DNA from: a virus
Taxonomy: Duplodnaviria; Caudoviricetes
Virus record (IMG/VR): IMGVR_UViG_3300046786_000304
Location: 169,465-233,464 of that record
Direction: 5' to 3' (one strand)
DNA: 64,000 nucleotides
Under the pieces are notes generated by a model. It saw only the letters and a list, made by a program, of their open reading frames with translations. It was not told the DNA's origin and searched no databases. Shown here one piece after another: positions 20,424 to 29,579 of this stretch. Numbering within the stretch: the first letter of the stretch is position 1; each line of letters opens with the position of its first letter. Position numbers and translations under genes: made by a program.

Positions 20424-20732
20424 ATGTTAAAAGAAAATAGAATCGGTCATACCGTAAGTATGAAATTAACCAGCGGCGACGAAGTTGTTGGTAAAGTCTC
20501 AGGACAGACAGCAGAAGGTCTTACTATTAGTAAGCCTGTTATTCTGGCTGCCAGCAGAGAAGGACTACAAATGGTTCCTTTCATGATGACTGCTAGTCCT
20601 GACGGAGACTTTATGTTTAAAGCACATAATATTATGTGCGTCGCAACAACGTCTGATCAAGTAGCAGATGCGTATCTTGAAAGCACGACTGGTATTAAAC
20701 CAGTTCGAAACTCTAGCAGTATCATAGTTTAA
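20424..20732 (+). CDS. Sm-like fold phage protein
   Basis: TVSMKLTSGDEVVGKV...LTISKP pattern. Confidence 0.6.
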   Translation: MLKENRIGHTVSMKLTSGDEVVGKVSGQTAEGLTISKPVILAASREGLQMVPFMMTASPDGDFMFKAHNIMCVATTSDQVADAYLESTTGIKPVRNSSSIIV

Positions 20733-20733
20733 T

Positions 20734-21009
20734 ATGCCACAGGTACACAGATTAACAGATCCAAATACAGCAGGAGCGCCTATAACACGTACGGCGCAAA
20801 CTACTGTATTTGCTAATAATTTGTTAATCGGTGTAGACGGAAGCGATGTCGAAGGCCACGGCCCCGGCAAACATGCTCATCCATTAACTGCCAATGGATC
20901 CACTGATGTTTTCATTGAAAATATACCAGTTAATCGACGAGAAGATAAAGATACTTGCGGCCATCCCAGAGATACTGGTAGTCCGGATGTTTTTGTTAAT
21001 GGTGGTTAA
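20734..21009 (+). CDS. PAAR-family spike-tip protein
   Basis: Repeated HRLTD / GVDGS / NRRED with TCGH and GSPDVFV, typical of phage PAAR (gp5.4-like). Confidence 0.85.
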   Translation: MPQVHRLTDPNTAGAPITRTAQTTVFANNLLIGVDGSDVEGHGPGKHAHPLTANGSTDVFIENIPVNRREDKDTCGHPRDTGSPDVFVNGG

Positions 21010-21028
21010 ATACTAGGTAAATACTAGT

Positions 21029-23275
21029 ATGGCAACATTACCACCAATTAACGCCGGCGCATTGAAAGTAACTTTCCCGGCAAACTTACCTAGAAACGAA
21101 AAAGATCTGATATGTATGATCTTGGCAGGGCGGCTCAAAGACTTGTGGAATGGCAAGTTAATTTGTGCTCAGTTAGCTTTAGATGATTTAATAAAAAGCG
21201 TAACCGGAGTATCTGGACTAGGTACACTACGTGATGCGTTAGTTAAAGTCAACACATCATTGGCCAATATGAAAGCTGCCAGCGGCTATGATAAAATCTT
21301 AGGCAAAGTTAATTCAGCACTAGGACAGGTTAGTCAAGTTTTTAGCCTAGGTGGTTTATGCCCAAGCCCTGTACAGGCGCCTCAGATTCCTGATGTGTTG
21401 GCAACACTAAATCAAAACTTGTTTGGCCAAGCCAATGGTATTCTAAATGCTTTGGCCCAAGCAAGTAATCCTAAAGTTTGTCTAGGTGGCGGCCCAAAAG
21501 GTTTTAGTTTAGACTGGAGTCAAGTAAAAGGTGATTTGAAATTATTAAAAAGTTCAATTGACCAGTTTAAAAGAGATCCAGCAGGATTCAAGGGCGTGAT
21601 GGATGCCTTTGAACAAAACTTAAAAAATCAAGCTAAAAGATTAAATTCTGAAATTACTAGATTAGAAAAAAATCTAACCGATCCTTTAGGAATCAATGAT
21701 ACAAAAAATACAGTTGGTGCTATTAAAAGAGTTAAATCAGTAACTGATGATTATATTGTTAAAGATAGAAATGGTGTTGAATATAAGAACCCAACTAGGA
21801 TGATGATACCCGGAGAAGTGGATTATGTTTTAAAAAGAACTGATCCAATCTATGTCACACCTATAAAATATGTTACTACACCGATATTAGATTATTGTGG
21901 CGTTGTAGTAGGCTATGAAAAGAAAATCGTAACCGGTGATCCGGAGTATACCGGATGGGACCCTAATAACACAGTAGTGAATACAAATACACCAACTGAA
22001 AATCCCGTGGCAACAACTGCGGAATATGATTATACATTCATTGAAGAAAATGGCACAGTCAATGTGTACAATGACAAAAGTGATATAGTACAAACTATTG
22101 ATCTAATTCGAGGAAAACATTATAGAATTGGATTAAAATTAATTACAGCCAAACTTAAAATTTATCAAGCAGATGCGTCTGTATGGTTTAAAGGAATAAC
22201 ATTAACCAGAGAACCAGATTATGGTAAAGGATTTGAAATTGTTGCCTGTGACGCTACTACAACTTTATTTGGTGTTGAATTTGACTGGGCGGTGAACATA
22301 GAAAATCCAACAACCCCGAATAACCTATGGGCGGCATGGGGCGCGACCGCAGATAAACGTATAACTATTAACATATCTGGTATTACAGCAATACCTGAAG
22401 AAGATAAAACATATGATGTCTCTATGGCTACTAAAAAAGCATGGCTGCATTTATACAAAAAGAATGTAGCTATTCCTGGCGGTGGTTCTATAAGCCACGA
22501 AGCAACTTACGTGAAACGAAGATATAATGTAACTGCTAACATTGTATCTGCAGCCGGATCTTGGAACACTACATCGATATTAAAATATAACAGTGGATAT
22601 ACTGTAATTGATGATTTAGAGACAATTGATGGAAATGGCGATACAATTGAAGGCAATAAAATTGCTAAATGGATCATCCCGTTAGCGTCAAATAGATATT
22701 TTATTATTAAAAAATACTTCAATGAAACTGCAGGAATAAAAATTCATCAACTATCTTGTTATATAGCAGATACAGTAGACGTTAATCCAACATATTTTGA
22801 ATCATTGGTTTCTTTAAAATACGATGAACCTATCGAAGTATTAAATGACATAAAGTTGCCTTATACTGATTTTAATGAATACAAATTAACGTTGTTCACT
22901 GATGGTAAATTAACAAACAATGACGAGTTTAAAATTGAAACAGCAACACAAAACTCTGACAGATATTTTGTTGTAAACTTAACTACAAACAGAGAAAGTA
23001 ATGTAAGTAACTTGCCAGTAAATGAATTTGTATACACTAGTTATATTAAATTTGATCCTACTGATTATACTAGAACCTTTATCGACTCGGATCCTAGAGA
23101 ACAACGAACATATATGAATTTCAAAGGCAATAATGGATATAAAGTCGAATGTACTATTAGTTACATCGACGACACTAGCGATAGTGCAGAAATAACAACA
23201 CCAACGGATAATACTATAACCAGTTCTCCTTCGAGGAGTGCTAGTATAGGATATTCGATGGTATTCGGAGGATAA
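21029..23275 (+). CDS. Large structural (tail/baseplate-associated) protein, 748 aa
   Basis: Follows PAAR; TAAATA motifs upstream; helical N-terminus and beta-rich C-terminus. Confidence 0.65.
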   Translation: MATLPPINAGALKVTFPANLPRNEKDLICMILAGRLKDLWNGKLICAQLALDDLIKSVTGVSGLGTLRDALVKVNTSLANMKAASGYDKILGKVNSALGQVSQVFSLGGLCPSPVQAPQIPDVLATLNQNLFGQANGILNALAQASNPKVCLGGGPKGFSLDWSQVKGDLKLLKSSIDQFKRDPAGFKGVMDAFEQNLKNQAKRLNSEITRLEKNLTDPLGINDTKNTVGAIKRVKSVTDDYIVKDRNGVEYKNPTRMMIPGEVDYVLKRTDPIYVTPIKYVTTPILDYCGVVVGYEKKIVTGDPEYTGWDPNNTVVNTNTPTENPVATTAEYDYTFIEENGTVNVYNDKSDIVQTIDLIRGKHYRIGLKLITAKLKIYQADASVWFKGITLTREPDYGKGFEIVACDATTTLFGVEFDWAVNIENPTTPNNLWAAWGATADKRITINISGITAIPEEDKTYDVSMATKKAWLHLYKKNVAIPGGGSISHEATYVKRRYNVTANIVSAAGSWNTTSILKYNSGYTVIDDLETIDGNGDTIEGNKIAKWIIPLASNRYFIIKKYFNETAGIKIHQLSCYIADTVDVNPTYFESLVSLKYDEPIEVLNDIKLPYTDFNEYKLTLFTDGKLTNNDEFKIETATQNSDRYFVVNLTTNRESNVSNLPVNEFVYTSYIKFDPTDYTRTFIDSDPREQRTYMNFKGNNGYKVECTISYIDDTSDSAEITTPTDNTITSSPSRSASIGYSMVFGG

Positions 23276-23276
23276 C

Positions 23277-23729
23277 ATGGCTCAGCCACCAAATCTAATT
23301 AACGCAACAGTAATAAACGGAAAAAGCGATGTACTAACATTCAAAGGAGCCGATGAAACTAAACCTTTAATAATTAAAGAAAATTCAGTTAACTCGGGTA
23401 AAGTATATAAAATAAATTTATTAAAGCTAACAAAGATGCCATTGCCTGCAGGATCATCTGCGCCTGGCGGGTATTTGGAATTTTATTTGGATGTTCCTGG
23501 TCTAACAGTTGCAACATTAAAATCTAACGAAAAACTTATTTGGAAGAAAAAATACGCAGAGATTGATTCCACCAATCTTAGAGCCGGTGTAGATTTTATA
23601 ATATCACGCGAAAGTGTCGTATATTTACAAGAAGGCCAAACACTTTACTTACTAAAGAATGGTTTAAATCCATCTGGCACTACTCCAATACATTTTTCAA
23701 TTACAGTTGCCTACGAAGAAATCAGTTAA
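23277..23729 (+). CDS. Probable structural beta-sandwich protein
   Basis: GGAGG SD; ends ITVAYEEIS. Confidence 0.65.
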   Translation: MAQPPNLINATVINGKSDVLTFKGADETKPLIIKENSVNSGKVYKINLLKLTKMPLPAGSSAPGGYLEFYLDVPGLTVATLKSNEKLIWKKKYAEIDSTNLRAGVDFIISRESVVYLQEGQTLYLLKNGLNPSGTTPIHFSITVAYEEIS

Positions 23730-23744
23730 TTGGTAAACTGATAT

Positions 23745-23773
23745 TTGACATTAAATGAGTTTTCCTTTATACT
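23745..23773 (+). promoter_or_regulatory. Sigma70-type promoter
   Basis: TTGACA-17-TATACT. Confidence 0.7.
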
Positions 23774-23794
23774 AGCAAAGTAAAGGAAAATCTT

Positions 23795-24265
23795 ATGCTA
23801 AAATCAATAGCCAAATTCCTTACCAAAATTGGTAGGCAACGAATCATTTTAGACAGGGAAAGTAACGAACCTTATTTGGAACGCTACTATGTATTTCTCA
23901 AAGACCGTACTTGGTTTCCATTTAATATCTTCTTACACAAGTTTTTAAAATCAGATCCAGACGATGTTCATGATCATCCTTGGCCCTATGCTACATTAAT
24001 TCTCAAAGGTGGTTATTATGAATGGACACCTGTGTTTGACACAGTGGGTAGAAAAATTGGAGAAGTAAGTTCCTGGAAAGGCCCTGGTAGTTTCAGGATG
24101 TGCGGTGCTAACAGTTATCACAGAATTGAACTAGATCCAAATGTAGAATGTTGGACAATGTTTATACCCGGTCCCCAACGACGTGAATGGGGTTTCTTAG
24201 TTAATAACAAATGGATACACAATGACGAATACATTAAACAACGAACTGCTGGTAAATCTGCCTAA
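23795..24265 (+). CDS. Cupin-like phage protein
   Basis: HDHPW..LILKGGYYE...YHRIEL His motifs. Confidence 0.7.
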   Translation: MLKSIAKFLTKIGRQRIILDRESNEPYLERYYVFLKDRTWFPFNIFLHKFLKSDPDDVHDHPWPYATLILKGGYYEWTPVFDTVGRKIGEVSSWKGPGSFRMCGANSYHRIELDPNVECWTMFIPGPQRREWGFLVNNKWIHNDEYIKQRTAGKSA

Positions 24266-24536
24266 TCTTGATGAAGAACAATTAACCCAATTCCGGAATT
24301 GGTTAATCGGAATACTAAAAGTCGGCCCGGCTGTGATTACATTTAATAAGAAAGATGGGTCAGAGCGAGTAATGACTTGTAGCTTACAACCAGAACTACT
24401 GCCGCCTGCTCCTATTAAAGAATCGACTACTACTAAGAAAGAAAATACTAGCACCATCAGTGTATATGATTTAAACGCACAAGGATGGCGCAGTTTTATT
24501 GTTAAAAATGTAACTAATGTTACACTTGAATTATGA
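24222..24536 (+). CDS. WYL_2/SH3-like beta-barrel protein
   Basis: ITFNKKDGSERVMTCSL and VYDLNAQGWRSF. Confidence 0.7.
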   Translation: MTNTLNNELLVNLPNLDEEQLTQFRNWLIGILKVGPAVITFNKKDGSERVMTCSLQPELLPPAPIKESTTTKKENTSTISVYDLNAQGWRSFIVKNVTNVTLEL

Positions 24537-24985
24537 AAAGATATTATTTTGCCTACGGCATGAACACTAACATTGATGAAATGACACAGCGATGTCCTGG
24601 TGCTATTAATCTCGGTCGTTGTATATTAAAAGGCTTTGAATTAAAGTTTAGACTTCATGCCGACATCGATCAAGTTGAAGGCAGTGAAATGGAAGGTGTT
24701 CTTTGGGATATTACCGAAGACTGCGAACGTGCTTTAGATCGTTTAGAAGGCTATCCTTATTACTATAACAAAATTGAAGTTTTTGTAAAACCAAACAAAC
24801 TAGTTAATAATAATTCACATATCGTTGCCATGGCTTATACTATGACTAGTAAAGGCCAAGAAGAAGCACCTAGCGTTGGTTACGAACAATGTCTAATCGA
24901 AGGCTATACTGCAAATGGTTTAGATATTGAAAAGTTAACAAATAAAATCGATGACCTTATAATGAATCAACCTGGATATGTATAA
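24533..24985 (+). CDS. Gamma-glutamylcyclotransferase (AIG2-like) family protein
   Basis: YFAYGMN, GVLW, LDRLEGYPYYY. Confidence 0.85.
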   Translation: MKRYYFAYGMNTNIDEMTQRCPGAINLGRCILKGFELKFRLHADIDQVEGSEMEGVLWDITEDCERALDRLEGYPYYYNKIEVFVKPNKLVNNNSHIVAMAYTMTSKGQEEAPSVGYEQCLIEGYTANGLDIEKLTNKIDDLIMNQPGYV

Positions 24986-25283
24986 AAAAGATAGCGTCAC
25001 TAAATTCTTAATGGATTATAAGATTACCATTACTGGATCTAAGATACAAAAGCGTTATGATCTCAAAAATTATGTAATTGATTACAGTGACTTTATGGAT
25101 AATTACATAGACAATAGAGTTCAGGTAAAAGAAGTCGAATTGCTTACAGCAGAGATTCCCGACGACGCACTTACGGCAATAGCAGATACATTATGCGAGT
25201 TCAACGACTTGATGCGTGATCCAGAAACAGCAAAATTGTTAATGGAAGCAAGATTCATAAATAGATTAAAAGGCGGTAGATAA
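24978..25283 (+). CDS. Hypothetical protein
   Basis: Overlapping ORF in the operon. Confidence 0.6.
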   Translation: MYKKDSVTKFLMDYKITITGSKIQKRYDLKNYVIDYSDFMDNYIDNRVQVKEVELLTAEIPDDALTAIADTLCEFNDLMRDPETAKLLMEARFINRLKGGR

Positions 25284-25284
25284 A

Positions 25285-26121
25285 ATGGCACAACATACAC
25301 ATTATTGGAGTTGCAGTCCTTTTGCGGATTGGATTCGAGGCACACCTAAGGGCGGCGCCAAAACAGCTGATGGATGGGACGATTGGGAAAACGAAGCAAA
25401 ACGCTATCACCCAGTTCGTTACTGGATAGCCGAAGAAGGCCTTAGTTATCTACAAGATTTTGTAACATGGCCTATTAGAAAAGTATATGACATCAAATAT
25501 TATATTAACAATCGTTGGGTCACTCGTACTCATAGCCTTACTGCACATAGTCGAGACATTAAACCTGGAAGTTGGTGCGACGTTGGTAATCGTTTTTTAC
25601 CTTGTCTCTTCAATGAGCTTGTTGATTTTGTCGAGATAGAAACAGCATGGAGTCATATTGCTTGGAGCGAAGAAGCACGTAAGAAATACAAATCTCCATT
25701 CTGGGCCAGTGGTTGGTTCCGCTGGCGTACATGGCGTTGCCCTGAAGCTGGCTTAGAAAATCTTACTTGGCAAAGTAATTTGACTCACAGTGAAGAGTGG
25801 GTTGATAAAGAAGCCAAGTATTACGGTAAACCAACACCGCAGGCTATTAAAGCCAAAGAAATTTTAGATCTTTATAAATGGTGGAAGGAAGTTTATCCAA
25901 ATCGTCCAGATCCATATGATGCCAGTGGTTGGACTGCGTACTGCGATGCTAAACGTGACTTAAATGATGGTAAGCTATTTGGTGGCAAAGATACTGCCGA
26001 ATTAAAAAAACAAAGTAATAAAGCATCTAATCTTCTTCGTAAAATCGAAGCGCAGTATGAAAAAGAAGATGAACAAATGATGATTCGTTTAATTAAAGTT
26101 AGACACGGTCTGTGGACTTAA
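25285..26121 (+). CDS. Trp-rich hypothetical phage protein
   Basis: 278-aa ORF. Confidence 0.75.
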   Translation: MAQHTHYWSCSPFADWIRGTPKGGAKTADGWDDWENEAKRYHPVRYWIAEEGLSYLQDFVTWPIRKVYDIKYYINNRWVTRTHSLTAHSRDIKPGSWCDVGNRFLPCLFNELVDFVEIETAWSHIAWSEEARKKYKSPFWASGWFRWRTWRCPEAGLENLTWQSNLTHSEEWVDKEAKYYGKPTPQAIKAKEILDLYKWWKEVYPNRPDPYDASGWTAYCDAKRDLNDGKLFGGKDTAELKKQSNKASNLLRKIEAQYEKEDEQMMIRLIKVRHGLWT

Positions 26122-26145
26122 AGAGTATGTCACTAAATATCAGAC

Positions 26146-27678
26146 ATGAAACCACATTGCATAATTTTATACGGTAATAACACACATCCAGGCAGCAAGT
26201 ATGCCGGCGCATTTAGAATAGCATCCGAACTTAGAAAAAATGGCTACGATGTCAATTGTATTGACATGACTGCTTTTAATGGATTTGATATAGCACTGAG
26301 ATTTCTATTAGCAAAACTAATAACAGAAAAAACTTTATGGGTGGGATTCAGTACGACATTCCTTCCTGATATTTTTGGCTTTCCAATGTTGAAGCAATAT
26401 GAATCATATAAGAGACGTTGGGAAGGTAAAGATATAGACAAAGGTATTGTTTATTTTAAACAATTTGTACACAACATTAATCCGAATACAAAATTAATAG
26501 CAGGCGGCGCCCGTTATTTTCCTCTTGAGTCGCATGGCTTTCACATTTTTAAATCTTACAGTGATGAAAGTATCATTGATTATACCAAGTGGTGTGAGGG
26601 AAAAGTAGACAGCGACAAGTTTGATAATCCTGTAGTTCAAGGCGTTGAATACAAGGATTTTACAAACAGTCAGATCTGTTATAACGAAAGTGACATCATT
26701 TTTAGTGATGAAACTTTACCCATTGAAGTTAGTCGAGGCTGTATTTTTAAATGTAAGTTTTGTACATATAATCTTAAAGGTAAGAAAAAAGGCGACTGGG
26801 TCAAGCATAGCGCGGTATTAAAAGATGAATTAACTCGTAACTACGAAATGTTTGGCGTCACTGATTATGTATTTGCTGATGACACTTATAATGATAGTAT
26901 AGATAAAATTAAATCATTGCACGATGAGGTGTTTTCTAAATTGCCATTTAAAATGGAGTTTACAACTTATCTGCGCTTAGACTTAATGATGCGCTATCCG
27001 GAAAGTGCGGCCATACTCAGGGATAGTGGCATTAAGGTAGCAATGTTTGGTATCGAAACATTGAATCCATTAAGTGCTAAAGCAATTGGTAAAGGTGTTA
27101 ATCCCGCAGAACAATTTGATTATCTGCGCCAGATTAAACAAAACGAATTTAAAGATGTAATTGCACACAGTGGAATGATTGCCGGTTTGCCCTATGACAC
27201 CGAAGAGTCATTGCTAGAGATGGAAGAATTTTTATTGTCAGATAAAAATTACTTGGATTACTTTTTAGTTAATGCTTTAGGTATACACCCAATTAATACA
27301 AATCAGCAAGTTGTCGAACACAGTGAATTCGATGCCGAGTATGAAAAATACGGTTATGAAATGATCATTGACTATAACGCAGATTTTAATAATGAAATGA
27401 AGTGGCGCAACAAGAACACTGGTTTAACTAAAGATTGGTGTGCTACTTTTTCTAGTCGCGTAAACAATCGAGTACATAATAGTGGTAAATTTAAATATGG
27501 TGCGTTTTTGTACGCACAATATAAATCGTTGGGTGTACCTGGTGAAGAATTAAGAACGTTATCAACAGTTGATATTTCTAAAAAGTATAATCTACATGAA
27601 TTGGGTAAAAAGCGTATAAAAGAATATAGATCTAGACTATTGACATATCATGGAATTCCTGTTATAAATAATAGATAA
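26146..27678 (+). CDS. B12-binding-type radical SAM protein
   Basis: EVSRGCIFKCKFC (CxxxCxxC), FADDTYN, GIETL; N-terminal Rossmann-like domain. Confidence 0.85.
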   Translation: MKPHCIILYGNNTHPGSKYAGAFRIASELRKNGYDVNCIDMTAFNGFDIALRFLLAKLITEKTLWVGFSTTFLPDIFGFPMLKQYESYKRRWEGKDIDKGIVYFKQFVHNINPNTKLIAGGARYFPLESHGFHIFKSYSDESIIDYTKWCEGKVDSDKFDNPVVQGVEYKDFTNSQICYNESDIIFSDETLPIEVSRGCIFKCKFCTYNLKGKKKGDWVKHSAVLKDELTRNYEMFGVTDYVFADDTYNDSIDKIKSLHDEVFSKLPFKMEFTTYLRLDLMMRYPESAAILRDSGIKVAMFGIETLNPLSAKAIGKGVNPAEQFDYLRQIKQNEFKDVIAHSGMIAGLPYDTEESLLEMEEFLLSDKNYLDYFLVNALGIHPINTNQQVVEHSEFDAEYEKYGYEMIIDYNADFNNEMKWRNKNTGLTKDWCATFSSRVNNRVHNSGKFKYGAFLYAQYKSLGVPGEELRTLSTVDISKKYNLHELGKKRIKEYRSRLLTYHGIPVINNR

Positions 27679-27693
27679 TGAAAGGCTAATTAT

Positions 27694-27999
27694 ATGAAGA
27701 AATTATTCATAAGTTTATTATTAGTTAGTGCAACTATACCGGCGTTTGCTCAACATCGACATGGCCACGGACATGGATATTGGCACAGAGCCCATGGCGG
27801 CGGTTGGAACTGGGTTGTACCTGCTATTATTGGCGGAGCAGTAGTATATGGTGCTACACGACCTGATCCAGTTATTGTACAACAACCAGTTATTGTACAA
27901 CCTCCTGTACAATTACCACAAGTACAGAATTGCAGTCCATGGACAGAAACACAAAATCCAGATGGCACAATTACAAGAACTCGCACTTGCACTCAGTGA
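27694..27999 (+). CDS. Small secreted His/Gly/Pro-rich protein
   Basis: Signal peptide ending AFA; HRHGHGHG; PVIVQQP repeats; terminal Cys pair. Confidence 0.7.
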   Translation: MKKLFISLLLVSATIPAFAQHRHGHGHGYWHRAHGGGWNWVVPAIIGGAVVYGATRPDPVIVQQPVIVQPPVQLPQVQNCSPWTETQNPDGTITRTRTCTQ

Positions 28000-28136
28000 T
28001 CCTTTATTAGCATTGCTAATAATTGTATTACATCTCTATTGGATCTACAAACTTGCAACCTATAACTGGGATAACTTTGATGAAGATAGTAAAAACGATG
28101 ATTTCCTAAAGCCCTACGACAAGTGATAAATATTCG

Positions 28137-28943
28137 ATGCGAGCCAGCGAATTTATACAAGGACATATTAGTAAAGTAGTTAAAGAAGAACGTAAATTTT
28201 CTGACTACGAACTTGCCGTCATGGAAGGTGGCAACAGTTTAGAAGAAATCAATTACGTATCTGCGCTACGCGAAGCCATTCAAGATGTAGATATAGAAGA
28301 AGGTTGGAAAGATTGGGTAGCTGGTGCAACAATGGGCGCGGCAGCATTAGGTGCTCAAGCATTACCACAAAAAGCTCAACAGCAAAAACCAGCAATAACA
28401 CAACAGGCACCTGCTAGTGCCGAGTATGCTACTAAACTTATATTAAAGCCAGAAGCAAAGATACTAATACAAACAGCTCGTGCCGCTGGTATGCGTGGCA
28501 AAGAACTAGCACAGTTTGTAGCACAATGCGCTCACGAAACTGCTAATTTCTCTAGCTTAAAAGAACTAGGTGGTAAATTAGATTTTAAAAAATATGATCC
28601 TAAACATAATCCACGCAAAGCAAAAATGTTAGGCAACAAACAAGTAGGCGACGGTGCTAAGTATCATGGCAGAGGTTACATACAACTTACTGGCAGGGAT
28701 AATTACAAACGTGCTGGTCAGGCACTGGGTTTACCACTAGAAGCACAACCAGAACTAGTTGAACGTCCAGAAGTTGCTGCCAAGGTAGCAGTATGGTTTT
28801 GGCAAAATCAAGTAGCACCAAAAGTTAGTAATTTTAATGACACAGCACAAGTAACTAAGCCAATTAATTCTGGATTAAAAGGTTTAGATGACAGACATAA
28901 CAAGTATGCTAGTATCATGGCATTAATGGGATCAAATTCATAA
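28137..28943 (+). CDS. Glycoside hydrolase family 19 lysozyme with a long N-terminal leader
   Basis: FVAQCAHET..E and YHGRGYIQLTGRDNY GH19 motifs; ATAAATA at 28126. Confidence 0.9.
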   Translation: MRASEFIQGHISKVVKEERKFSDYELAVMEGGNSLEEINYVSALREAIQDVDIEEGWKDWVAGATMGAAALGAQALPQKAQQQKPAITQQAPASAEYATKLILKPEAKILIQTARAAGMRGKELAQFVAQCAHETANFSSLKELGGKLDFKKYDPKHNPRKAKMLGNKQVGDGAKYHGRGYIQLTGRDNYKRAGQALGLPLEAQPELVERPEVAAKVAVWFWQNQVAPKVSNFNDTAQVTKPINSGLKGLDDRHNKYASIMALMGSNS

Positions 28944-28946
28944 GTC

Positions 28947-28975
28947 TTGACAAATAATCACGATAAGTATATAAT
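28947..28975 (+). promoter_or_regulatory. Consensus sigma70 promoter of tmRNA
   Basis: TTGACA (28947)-17-TATAAT (28970). Confidence 0.85.
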
Positions 28976-28984
28976 ATAGTTTAA

Positions 28985-29290
28985 GACTGTATGAAGTAGA
29001 TTGAAAAGGATTCAAGACGCGGGGGCAGTGCCCGCCAGGTCCACCAAAAGCACATACTCCTCAATCTGGACCGCGATGCCGAAAGGTGCGATGGACAATG
29101 TGTGCTTTTGATGGGCCTGACACAGGATCGATTGGGTCAAGAGTAATGAAATGGACAGTCCGGCAATGTAGAAGCCGTTAGGGTTGGGGGTTCCTGGCCG
29201 AAGAAGCAAAAAAGTAAACGCAAACGACTCACAGTTCGCATTGGCAGCCTAAACGCAGCCTAGGGTAAGACATACCTCGTAACAGAAACT
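28985..29290 (+). ncRNA. ssrA: Circularly permuted (two-piece) tmRNA; tag ANDSQFALAA; outer ends approximate
   Basis: T-arm GCGGG-GGCAGTG-CCCGC and acceptor strand CAGGTCC-A-CCA (to 29046) precede the 5' acceptor strand GGGCCTG (29113), with G3.U70. Tag codons 29220-29252. Inter-piece pairing 28985-90/29155-60 and 29009-15/29132-38. Confidence 0.93.
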
Positions 29291-29293
29291 CAG

Positions 29294-29318
29294 AACCCGC
29301 TTCGGCGGGTTTTCTTTT
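29294..29318 (+). terminator. Intrinsic terminator after tmRNA
   Basis: AACCCGC-TTCG-GCGGGTT plus T-tract. Confidence 0.9.
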
Positions 29319-29332
29319 GGATAAATTAATTG

Positions 29333-29361
29333 TTGACCTTATACCAACAATCTTGTATAAT
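29333..29361 (+). promoter_or_regulatory. Sigma70-type promoter of the CUA tRNA
   Basis: TTGACC-17-TATAAT, 9 nt before tRNA base 1. Confidence 0.75.
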
Positions 29362-29370
29362 AACTACATT

Positions 29371-29445
29371 GCGCTAGAAGCTGAATGGCATAGCAAGAGC
29401 CTCTAAAACTCATGAGTGCGGGTTCGAGTCCCGTCTAGCGCACCA
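29371..29445 (+). tRNA. tRNA with CUA anticodon (amber suppressor); amino acid unknown
   Basis: Acceptor GCGCTAG/CTAGCGC, A73, encoded CCA; D arm GCTG/TAGC; loop CT-CTA-AA (anticodon 29403-05); T arm GCGGG-TTCGAGT-CCCGT; anticodon stem has two mismatches. Confidence 0.85.
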
Positions 29446-29579
29446 GAGCAGCGGTGTATTTTCTAAGTTAACTCCAGTATGAGTTGCCAGGTAAGCTAGA
29501 TAAATCCTGGGGCGGGCAATAGTATCAAAATTAAACTCAGATGACAGCCGGGAATAGACCGGCACTTACTAAATATAAT

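Noticed and set aside
29371-29445. tRNA-Pyl or tRNA-Arg(UCU) reading of the CUA tRNA
   Set aside because: It lacks the tRNA-Pyl features (6-bp anticodon stem, tiny D-loop), and no pyl genes are in the window. Shifting the register to UCU breaks the GAG/CTC stem and U33.
29446-29520. Theta/HDV-like ribozyme at the tRNA 3' end
   Set aside because: I could not build a full P1 with nested P2/P3 by eye (best P1 about 5 bp). It is kept only as an unspecified structured trailer pending a covariance-model search.
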